From Candidatus Latescibacterota bacterium (lineage in GTDB: Bacteria > Latescibacterota > CBDEFO01): a DNA stretch of 64,000 nucleotides. Position 1 is the first letter of the stretch. Each line of letters opens with the position of its first letter. The notes beneath the pieces are model-generated. The model did no database searches, had not been told where the DNA came from, and saw nothing but the letters and a program-made list of their open reading frames with translations. The position numbers and the translations under genes were made by a program. The stretch covers positions 704,001 through 768,000 of the forward strand of contig CBDEFO010000008.1 of NCBI GenBank assembly GCA_965237525.1. The letters are read 5' to 3'. Below, one piece after another: positions 1-8,431 of the stretch.

Positions 1-1551
1 GTAAGATATTCTCATAATCTCCCATATAGACCCAGCTATGGTGACCACCACTGCTATTGCCACCGCCCAAATTAAAGGTCTTTTACTCCCCTTTATCTCC
101 TCTGCTAATTTCAGCGCATTGGCAAAACAGGGCATAAAGAACAGGCGAATATTGGAGCTCCAAACATACGTAAATGCTAAAGCTACCAGCCCGGACGATC
201 CCAGGACACTGGTCCCCAATCCAGAAACGACGAAGTCTGAAGGAATTATAGGTGTCCTGATGAACGATGCACCTCCCTCTATCACCGCTCTGGTTATGGC
301 TGTAAATATAATAAAGACTGCAAATAAGAATATGGGCACGATCCAGAGGGGGAAACCAGACTTCCAGAGCCAGATGCTCATAAGAAAAAGCCCGATCAAA
401 AGCCCATATACTGCTCTTCGATAAGATAGCACCTCCCCTGAATCATCTACATCCGGGTCTCCCCTGAAGGTCTTCCTGAACACATCTCCAAGATGTCCTC
501 TGGCTACCCACAGCCCCGACAACACCAACACTATCATAGCTCCCATCGTCTGATGTGCAAGGTAGGGACCTACCAGATCTACAAATCTGCTCAACTTCTC
601 TGTGCTCTGAAAGCCGATAATTCCGAATATGCCCCTTTCTACCAGCGTCAGAAGAAAAAAGAGCCAGAATCCCAGTGCAATGTCCCGGTTTAAAAGATAC
701 GCAAAACCGAGCAGCTGAAAGTTCACATATAACGCTATCGATATAGTATTCCTGAACAGCGACAGACCAGTGCCTATTTCGATATGCGGGATGAAAGGGA
801 AGTAATTGTGAAAGGCATTGACATTTCCTATTAAGAAGGGAATGGCAAAACCTATCCACATAACCGGATTCCTAAAGAAAGGTTTGATAAGGGAGCGCCT
901 CTCATCGTCCTGCATCATCTCCAGGGGGACCTGAACCAAAGGATAGAGCAACCTTTCTCTCTCCATCCACTGCTTCCTCAAGATTATCATCGTACATATC
1001 ATCACAAAATAGAGGGTGACAATGAACAGACACCAGTAAAATATCGGCTCAAACCATTCGTCCCAGGGCACAGACTGGCCTTGGGGGAGACCCTCATAGA
1101 AATACCTTATTGCGTCCGGATCCTTGGGTGTTATCCACTCTGGCACGCTGGGATGAATAAGGTTTGCCCAGTCGTTCTCAGGTGTGGCAAAATAGTAAAG
1201 GCCAATGATGATAGGCAGGACGTATTGGGAAAATCCAACGGTGGGTATAGCTGTTGCGATCATCACCATAATATAGACTGTAGCTAACTCTGCGCGGCTG
1301 AGGGCAAAGCTCCTTCTCAGGGCGCCTAAAATCACGTTGATGATCGCAACCAAGATGAAGAAGATAAAAAGAGCGGCAGGAGCGCTGAAATTATGAGCAA
1401 CCCGCGTCCCCTTAGTGATCATACTGGAATAGGGAACAGCGATGCCTATAAACAGTGATAAGAGCGCTCCGATAAAAATACACCTGAACGTAATACTTGA
1501 TGACTCATCTTTTACTGGGTCGGATAGAGTATGTCTTTGTGTTGAGAGCAT
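1..1551 (-). CDS. DUF6785/DUF6784-like polytopic membrane protein, paralogue C2 (3' end runs off the window)
   Basis: Not in the ORF track because it has no stop in the window. Manual translation from ATG 1551 gives MLSTQRHTLSDPVKDESSSITFRCIFIGALLSLFIGIAVPYSSM..., colinear with 1896..3872. Confidence 0.85.
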   Translation of the reverse strand, partial: MLSTQRHTLSDPVKDESSSITFRCIFIGALLSLFIGIAVPYSSMITKGTRVAHNFSAPAALFIFFILVAIINVILGALRRSFALSRAELATVYIMVMIATAIPTVGFSQYVLPIIIGLYYFATPENDWANLIHPSVPEWITPKDPDAIRYFYEGLPQGQSVPWDEWFEPIFYWCLFIVTLYFVMICTMIILRKQWMERERLLYPLVQVPLEMMQDDERRSLIKPFFRNPVMWIGFAIPFLIGNVNAFHNYFPFIPHIEIGTGLSLFRNTISIALYVNFQLLGFAYLLNRDIALGFWLFFLLTLVERGIFGIIGFQSTEKLSRFVDLVGPYLAHQTMGAMIVLVLSGLWVARGHLGDVFRKTFRGDPDVDDSGEVLSYRRAVYGLLIGLFLMSIWLWKSGFPLWIVPIFLFAVFIIFTAITRAVIEGGASFIRTPIIPSDFVVSGLGTSVLGSSGLVALAFTYVWSSNIRLFFMPCFANALKLAEEIKGSKRPLIWAVAIAVVVTIAGSIWEIMRISY

Positions 1552-1895
1552 TTCAAAAAAGATGGATCCTGAAGTAGGGTGAATCGTATCATACAAAAAT
1601 GCGAGGCGGAAAGCTCCCGGATTTACCAGACAGAGTCATCACGGCTGTGGCTTGTTGTTCGGGGAAATAGCTCGCTCTGTGTGCCAGCAGGAAGAGATTG
1701 ATCTGGTGGGGAAGATCGACAAACAGGCCGTTTTGTAATTGATGGTTGGTGTAGCCTTTCGTCAGCAGGAGTTGAGATGACAATACTTCAGACAATGCGG
1801 TGTTCAAAACCCACGGTTTTGAGAAAGATTTATACCTATGCGGGCCTTTGTAGATTTGGAGCACGCCCCCCGCCTATCGTATACAGACTAGCCCC

Positions 1896-3872
1896 TTAAA
1901 AATATCCGACACCATTTTCGGTCATCCCTGTGAAAAAGTCTATTACCAACCACATCCCCGCAACAAATACCGCCCCCAAAATCAATCCCAGGAAAAATGG
2001 CCTCGTCCTTCTATACAACAGCGATCCACCATATTTGAGAATTATCGTCTTAAATAGCCAAGCTAAAAACACAGGAAACCAGGCCACATTCATAATATAG
2101 AACGTGCTGGTGGCAAATCCCAGAGGGTGTACAGGCCACCACAAAAACCGATACCTGGCAAACGTCAAAAGACCCATTAGAAGCGCACCTATAGCCGTAA
2201 ATATCCATCCTTCCATATTCACCGCAACAGGATTGGCCAATTTAGGGGCTATATACCTAAAAGCATTTTGGGGAACAGCGATGAAAAAGAATTCGTCAAG
2301 GTTGATCCCGCCGTGCTTATAGGACATAGTCATAATCTCCCATACAGACCCTGCTATGGTGACCGCTATAGCTACTGCCACCGCCCAAATTAAAGGTCTC
2401 TTACTCCCCTTTATCTCCTCTGCTAATTTCAGCGCATTGGCAAAACAGGGCATAAAGAAGATGCGAATATTAGCGCTCCAAACATACGTAAATGCTAAAG
2501 CTACCAGTCCGGATGACCCCAGTACACTGCTCCCCATTCCAGAAACGACGAAGTCTGAAGGCGTTATAGGCGTCCTCAGGATGGATGCACCTCCCTCTAT
2601 CACCGCTCTGGTTAGGGCTGTAAATACAACAAAGACTGCAAATAAGAATATAGGGACGATCCAGAGGGGAAAACCCGACTTCCAAAGCCAGATGCTCATA
2701 AGAAAAAGCCCGATTAACAGCCCCAAAACGGCTGTTCGATAAGATAGTACCTCCCCTGAATCATCTACATCCGGGTCTCCCCTGAATGCCTTACTAAATA
2801 CATCCCTAAGGTGTCCTCTTGCTACCCATAGCCCTGACAACGCCAATACTATCATAGCTCCCATCGCCTGATGCGCAAGGTAAGGGCCAGCGAGATTCGC
2901 AAACCTGCTTAAATTCTCCGTGCTCTGAAAGCCTATAATGCTGAATGTACCCCTTTCTACTATCGACAGAAGAAAAAAGAGCCAAAATCCTAATGCAATG
3001 TCGCGATTTAAAAGATACGCAAAACCGATCAGTGGTATGTTCACATTGAAGGAGAGCCATGTAGTATTCCTGAACAGTGCCAGACTAGTGCCTATTTCAA
3101 TACTCGGGATGAAAGGGAAGTAATTGTGAAAGGCATTGACATTTCCTATTAAAAAGGGAATGGCAAAACCTATCCACATAACCGGATTCTTGAAGAGAGG
3201 CTTGATAAGGGAGCCCCTCTCATCGTCCCGTATCATCTCCAGGGGGACCTGAACCAACGGATAGAGCAACCTCTCTCTCTCCATCCACTGCTTCCTCAGA
3301 ATTATCATCATGCATATCATCACAAAATAGAGGGTGACTATGAACAGACACCAGTAAAATATTGGCTCAAACCACTCGTTCCAGGGCACAGACCGGCCTT
3401 CAGGAAGACCCTCATAGAAATACCTTATTGCATCGGGATCCTTGGGTGTTATCCACTCTGGCACGTTGGGATGAATGAGGTTTGCCCAGTCGTTCTCAGG
3501 TGTGGCAAAATAGTAAACGCCAATGATGATAGGCAGGACGTATTCGGAAAATCCGATGGTGGGTATTGCTGTTGCGATCATCGCCATAATATAGACTGTG
3601 GCTAACTCTGGACGGCTGAGGGCAAAGCTCCTTCTGAGGGCGCCTAAAATCACGTTGATGATCGCAACGAAGATGAAGAAGACAAACAGGGCGGCGGGAG
3701 TGCTGAAATTATGAGCAAGGCGCGTCCCCTTAATGATCATACTGGAATAGGGAACAGCGATGCCTATAAATAGTGATAAGAGCGCTCCGATAAAAACGGA
3801 CCTGAACGTAATACCTGAAGCTTTAGTTTCTACTGCGTCGGATGAAGTTCTTCTATATGTCGAAGTTTCCAA
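1896..3872 (-). CDS. DUF6785/DUF6784-like polytopic inner-membrane protein (putative transporter), paralogue C1
   Basis: 658 aa with many hydrophobic helices. Motifs ILRKQWMERERLLYPL and WWPVHPLGF...RPFFLGLILG are typical of this family. TTG start with a G-rich RBS. Confidence 0.8.
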   Translation of the reverse strand: METSTYRRTSSDAVETKASGITFRSVFIGALLSLFIGIAVPYSSMIIKGTRLAHNFSTPAALFVFFIFVAIINVILGALRRSFALSRPELATVYIMAMIATAIPTIGFSEYVLPIIIGVYYFATPENDWANLIHPNVPEWITPKDPDAIRYFYEGLPEGRSVPWNEWFEPIFYWCLFIVTLYFVMICMMIILRKQWMERERLLYPLVQVPLEMIRDDERGSLIKPLFKNPVMWIGFAIPFLIGNVNAFHNYFPFIPSIEIGTSLALFRNTTWLSFNVNIPLIGFAYLLNRDIALGFWLFFLLSIVERGTFSIIGFQSTENLSRFANLAGPYLAHQAMGAMIVLALSGLWVARGHLRDVFSKAFRGDPDVDDSGEVLSYRTAVLGLLIGLFLMSIWLWKSGFPLWIVPIFLFAVFVVFTALTRAVIEGGASILRTPITPSDFVVSGMGSSVLGSSGLVALAFTYVWSANIRIFFMPCFANALKLAEEIKGSKRPLIWAVAVAIAVTIAGSVWEIMTMSYKHGGINLDEFFFIAVPQNAFRYIAPKLANPVAVNMEGWIFTAIGALLMGLLTFARYRFLWWPVHPLGFATSTFYIMNVAWFPVFLAWLFKTIILKYGGSLLYRRTRPFFLGLILGAVFVAGMWLVIDFFTGMTENGVGYF

Positions 3873-3930
3873 ATCCCCCCACTTTGGAATAGTAGATGCG
3901 GATCCTCCTCCTTCCCTGTCTGCTGTTCAC

Positions 3931-5874
3931 TTAATAAGCTATGTGAACAGTTCCGGCTTTATCGTCGTTTCCTTTATCAGCCTCCATAGAAACTTGATAT
4001 ACGTAGACACCAGGAGGGACTATCTCCCCTGAATCGTCCCTCCCATCCCACTCCCGCTCGTGATGACCGATCGGATCATCCCCTGAATATACCTTCCGAA
4101 GAGAATTACCTGACAAATCTCGTATCTCAACTGTCACAAAGACCGAACCTGTAATCTCAAAGATATCATAAGATATGATGGAAACGTCGTTTATCCCATC
4201 TCCATTCGGTGTGAACGTCTCAGGCGACACGCTCACCTCAAGTACTGACTTATCTTCAACCGATGTTATCACAGATACGCTGTTCTCCTCAAACTCGGCC
4301 TTTGCATCTCCAGCGCTGACCCCCTGATGGACCTCCAACGTCCTGCTGCTGTCGAAGACACGAGCGTTGAAGGAAGAACCATATCTTAAAACCCTAGCAT
4401 CGAATACCACCTCAATCAACGCCCCTGAATCCTCCCTCTCTATTCTTGGGAAACTGACCTCGAACCGATTCTCCTCTAAAGCCTCCCGCTCAAACGGAAC
4501 ATCAATATCGTCTATCCTCACCGAATTGACAGACATAATCGTAGAAGATGTGCTCATCTCCAAACTGTCGAATCCTCTATCGTCCCCCTCTATGGTCGGC
4601 TTCACAGCGTAGGTGAAACGTGATACCTTCCCCACTTTCACCAGGACAGGAGAAATCTCACCCACCAACTTGGAGGCCGAAGGAGGGACAGAGGCGCGAA
4701 ACTCCAGAAAGTCGACGCTTCCTCCCGACTCTCCCTGTGGAAAGAAGTCGACCTTAAACTGAACGAAGCGACGGGGACTCAAAGAGACAACGGATGTGCC
4801 TAAACTGTCGGCAAAATCGTAAGGTTGAGACCAGAACGTCCAGTTGTCCCTGTCATCGGTTGTTCCCGCCTTCTCGCTGAACTTGAGCCTGTTATATCGA
4901 GACCTGGTCACTTCCTTCTTCTCACCCCCGCGCCCTGTCTCCTCCCAGTAGATATTGGGATCGTCGTCCGCTCCGCTCCTTGTCTGTATAAAGACTTTTG
5001 CGCCCGGGTCTCTACTTCCGGACCATCTAATATCGCCCCAGGCTGCTGGGCTCCCAAAGTCTATCCTGTCGGATACATATGAAGATTCTTCAAGAAAACC
5101 CTTCGCATAGACCTCTATATCTGCAATTTCCCACACTACATCGTGTTCTGCCACCACAAACTGGATGAAGGTAGTCCTTATAGGCGCCACCTCTATCTCC
5201 AGGAACTGCTCCCTGTTGTCCTTAATCTCAAGCACGGAGAATATAGAATTGTCCACCTGATCCGGTCTATTGGCCGGTTGTATCCAATCTTCCCCTTCAA
5301 CCCAGACACCTCTATGTCCGGGGAGAAGGTTGGTGATGTAGACGCGAAGCCTCTGCACAACGCCGTCCGGATTAAGGAGTCCTGATACTATCCTGATCCT
5401 GTCAATGAGAAATAGACCGCCGAGAGATATCTGGACCAAACCAAGCTCGGTATAATGATCGTGTTCGCACGTCTGCCCTCGTCTAGTATGGAAAACCTCC
5501 GCACAGCTATATGTGGGAGCATAGTACACTGTGCTCGTATCCCCGTCAAACACATCAACGTAGTCAACTGCTCCATACTCTCTACGTCCTCCTCTTTCTT
5601 CAGCTGTTGGAGCTATATTCTCCTGAGGATCTAACTCAAAAGCCTTAATCGAATTGTCCTCCATATCCAGCTGAAAGGTCCCTCCTCCCTGTGAACTGTT
5701 CAAATCCGACCAGCTTTTCTGAATAAATTCTACACCCTCACTTTCCGCCTCAGAAGGAGGAGGGAGTGCCTGGCCGCCGAATCTGTAGATGATAAGTCCT
5801 GATGAATCCTGATATGTCAGCACAACCGCTAGCATTAGGACCCACAAGCATAACCCCAATCTGCTATTTCTCAT
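3931..5874 (-). CDS. Secreted FlgD-Ig/CHU_C-like C-terminal-domain protein, B-type (B2)
   Basis: Signal peptide, discoidin-like N-terminal region, QTRSG...WSQPY...SPRRFVQ module, C-terminal FTPNGDGIND...WDGRDDSG..VPPGVY. AGGAGG lies 6 nt before ATG 5874. Confidence 0.85.
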   Translation of the reverse strand: MRNSRLGLCLWVLMLAVVLTYQDSSGLIIYRFGGQALPPPSEAESEGVEFIQKSWSDLNSSQGGGTFQLDMEDNSIKAFELDPQENIAPTAEERGGRREYGAVDYVDVFDGDTSTVYYAPTYSCAEVFHTRRGQTCEHDHYTELGLVQISLGGLFLIDRIRIVSGLLNPDGVVQRLRVYITNLLPGHRGVWVEGEDWIQPANRPDQVDNSIFSVLEIKDNREQFLEIEVAPIRTTFIQFVVAEHDVVWEIADIEVYAKGFLEESSYVSDRIDFGSPAAWGDIRWSGSRDPGAKVFIQTRSGADDDPNIYWEETGRGGEKKEVTRSRYNRLKFSEKAGTTDDRDNWTFWSQPYDFADSLGTSVVSLSPRRFVQFKVDFFPQGESGGSVDFLEFRASVPPSASKLVGEISPVLVKVGKVSRFTYAVKPTIEGDDRGFDSLEMSTSSTIMSVNSVRIDDIDVPFEREALEENRFEVSFPRIEREDSGALIEVVFDARVLRYGSSFNARVFDSSRTLEVHQGVSAGDAKAEFEENSVSVITSVEDKSVLEVSVSPETFTPNGDGINDVSIISYDIFEITGSVFVTVEIRDLSGNSLRKVYSGDDPIGHHEREWDGRDDSGEIVPPGVYVYQVSMEADKGNDDKAGTVHIAY

Positions 5875-5910
5875 TTTCAACCTCCTCCTAAGTACCGAAT
5901 GACCGAAGGA

Positions 5911-6019
5911 TCAGTACGCCACAGAGAGCAAGCGATCGGCAGAATCAGAATCCACATCTACTTCGACCCTGGAAAGATATATCCCGGGAGGAACTAAATT
6001 CCCGGATCGGTCGTCCCCC
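5911..6019 (-). pseudogene. 3' remnant (~35 codons) of an A-type FlgD-domain gene
   Basis: Translates to ...GDDRSGNLVPPGIYLSRVEVDVDSDSADRLLSVAY*, matching the C-terminus of 8432..10975. Confidence 0.8.
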
Positions 6020-6046
6020 ACGGCCCATCGTATCCAGACCAGCCCC

Positions 6047-6387
6047 TTAAAAATATCCGACACCATTTCCCGTCATGCCTGTGAACAAGTCTATTACCAA
6101 ATAATATAGACTGTAGCTACCTCTGCGCGACTGAGGGCGAAGCTCCTTCTCAGGGCGCCTAAAATCACGTTGATGATCGCAACGAAGATGAAGAAGACAA
6201 ACAGGGCGGCAGGAGCGCTGAAATTATGGGCAACGCGCGTCCCCTTAGTGATCATACTGGAATAGGGAACAGCGATGCCTATAAATAGTGATAAGAGCGC
6301 TCCGATAAAAATGGACCTGAACGTAATACCTGAAGTTTTAGTTTCTACTGCGTCGGATGAAGTTCTTCTACATATCGTAGTTTCCAA
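6047..6387 (-). pseudogene. Internally deleted DUF6785-like gene
   Basis: The first ~96 codons (METTICRR...ATVYI) are joined directly to the final codons (IDLFTGMTGNGVGYF*) of the 658-aa paralogue. About 1.6 kb is missing. Confidence 0.85.
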
Positions 6388-6445
6388 ATCCCCCCACTTT
6401 GAAATGGTAGATACGGATCCTCCTCCTTCCCTGACTGCTGTTTAC

Positions 6446-8395
6446 TTAATAAGCTACGTCGACAGTTCCGGCTTTATCGTCGTTTCCTTTATCAGCCTCC
6501 ATAGAAACTTGATATACGTAGACACCAGGAGGGACTATCTCCCCTGAATCGTCCCTCCCATCCCACTCCCGCTCGTGATGACCGATCGGATCATCCCCTG
6601 AATATACCTTCCGAAGAGAATTACCTGACAAATCTCGTATCTCAACTGTCACAAAGACCGAACCTGTAATCTCAAAGATATCATAAGATATGATGGAAAC
6701 GTCGTTTATCCCATCTCCATTCGGTGTGAACGTCTCAGGCGACACGCTCACCTCAAGTACTGACTTATCTTCAACCGATGTTATCACAGATACGCTGTTC
6801 TCCTCAAACTCGGCCTTTGCATCTCCAGCGCTGACCCCCTGATGGACCTCCAACGTCCTGCTGCTGTCGAAGACACGAGCGTTGAAGGAAGAACCATATC
6901 TTAAAACCCTAGCATCGAATACCACCTCAATCAACGCCCCTGAATCCTCCCTCTCTATTCTTGGGAAACTGACCTCGAACCGATTCTCCTCTAAAGCCTC
7001 CCGCTCAAACGGAACATCAATATCGTCTATCCTCACCGAATTGACAGACATAATCGTAGAAGATGTGCTCATCTCCAAACTGTCGAATCCTCTATCGTCC
7101 CCCTCTATGGTCGGCTTCACAGCGTAGGTGAAACGTGATACCTTCCCCACTTTCACCAGGACAGGAGAAATCTCACCCACCAACTTGGAGGCCGAAGGAG
7201 GGACAGAGGCGCGAAACTCCAGAAAGTCGACGCTTCCTCCCGACTCTCCCTGTGGAAAGAAGTCGACCTTAAACTGAACGAAGCGACGGGGACTCAAAGA
7301 GACAACGGATGTGCCTAAACTGTCGGCAAAATCGTAAGGTTGAGACCAGAACGTCCAGTTGTCCCTGTCATCGGTCGTTCCTGCCTTCTCGCTGAACTTG
7401 AGCCTGTTATATCGAGACCTGGTCACTTCCTTCTTCTCACCCCCGCGCCCTGTGTTCTCCCAGTAGACACTGGGATCGTCGTCCGCTCCGCTCCTTGTCT
7501 GTATAAAGACTTTTGCGCCCGGGTCTCTACTTCCGGACCATCTAATATCGCCCCAGGCTGCTGGGCTCCCAAAGTCTATCCTGTCGGATACATATGAAGA
7601 TTCTTCAAGAAAACCCTTCGCATAGACCTCTACTTCTGCAATTTCCCACTCTACATCGTGTTCAGCCACCGTCAACTGGATGAAGGTAGTCCTTATAGGG
7701 GCCGGCTCTATCTCCAGGTACTGCTTCCTGTTGTCCTTAACCTCAAGCACGGACCATATAGAATTGTCAATGTGATCCGAACCATAGCTCCCCTCACTCG
7801 GTTGTATCCAATCTTCCATTTCATGATAGACACCTCTATGTCCGACGAGAAGGTTGGTAGTGTAGACGCGAACCCTCTGCACAACTTTGTCCGGATCAAG
7901 GAGTCCTGATACTATCCTGATCCTGTCAATGAGAAATAGACCGTTGAGAGATATCTGGATTAGACCTTCCGTGTCATACGGAGGTAAGATGCAGAGCTGC
8001 CGGGTTTTAAGGGCTTTCTCCGCACAGAGGTATCTGGGAAGAGTGTGCACTGTGGTCAAATCCCCGTCAAACACATCAACGTAGTCAACTGCTCCATACT
8101 CTCTACGTCCTCCTCTTTCTTCAATCGTTGGGGCTATATTCTCCTGAGGATCTAACTCAAAAGCCTTAATCGAATTGTCCTCCATATCCAGCTGAAAGGT
8201 CCCTCCTCCCTGTGAACTGTTCAAATCCGACCAGCTTTTCTGAATAAATTCTACACCCTCACTTTCCGCCTCAGAAGGAGGAGGGAGTGCCTGGCCGCCG
8301 AATCTGTAGATGATAAGTCCTGATGAATCCTTATATGTCAGCACAACCGCCAGGATAAGGACCCACAAGCATAACCCCAATCTAACATTTCTCAT
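6446..8395 (-). CDS. Secreted FlgD-Ig/CHU_C-like C-terminal-domain protein, B-type (B1)
   Basis: Paralogue of 3931..5874 with near-identical termini. RBS AGGAGGAGG precedes ATG 8395 (ORF track extends to 8431). Confidence 0.85.
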   Translation of the reverse strand: MRNVRLGLCLWVLILAVVLTYKDSSGLIIYRFGGQALPPPSEAESEGVEFIQKSWSDLNSSQGGGTFQLDMEDNSIKAFELDPQENIAPTIEERGGRREYGAVDYVDVFDGDLTTVHTLPRYLCAEKALKTRQLCILPPYDTEGLIQISLNGLFLIDRIRIVSGLLDPDKVVQRVRVYTTNLLVGHRGVYHEMEDWIQPSEGSYGSDHIDNSIWSVLEVKDNRKQYLEIEPAPIRTTFIQLTVAEHDVEWEIAEVEVYAKGFLEESSYVSDRIDFGSPAAWGDIRWSGSRDPGAKVFIQTRSGADDDPSVYWENTGRGGEKKEVTRSRYNRLKFSEKAGTTDDRDNWTFWSQPYDFADSLGTSVVSLSPRRFVQFKVDFFPQGESGGSVDFLEFRASVPPSASKLVGEISPVLVKVGKVSRFTYAVKPTIEGDDRGFDSLEMSTSSTIMSVNSVRIDDIDVPFEREALEENRFEVSFPRIEREDSGALIEVVFDARVLRYGSSFNARVFDSSRTLEVHQGVSAGDAKAEFEENSVSVITSVEDKSVLEVSVSPETFTPNGDGINDVSIISYDIFEITGSVFVTVEIRDLSGNSLRKVYSGDDPIGHHEREWDGRDDSGEIVPPGVYVYQVSMEADKGNDDKAGTVDVAY

Positions 8396-8431
8396 TTTCA
8401 ACCTCCTCCTTAATACCGCGTGACAGAACAA

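Noticed and set aside
1589..1864. 91-aa ORF or structured RNA between the DUF6785 genes
   Set aside because: No recognisable motif, RBS or convincing stem structure.
5115..8065. Paralogue pairs as DGR template/variable repeats
   Set aside because: Differences involve all bases and include indels (also G1/G2: gac/aac, tat/tta, ccc/gcc). No reverse transcriptase is in the window.
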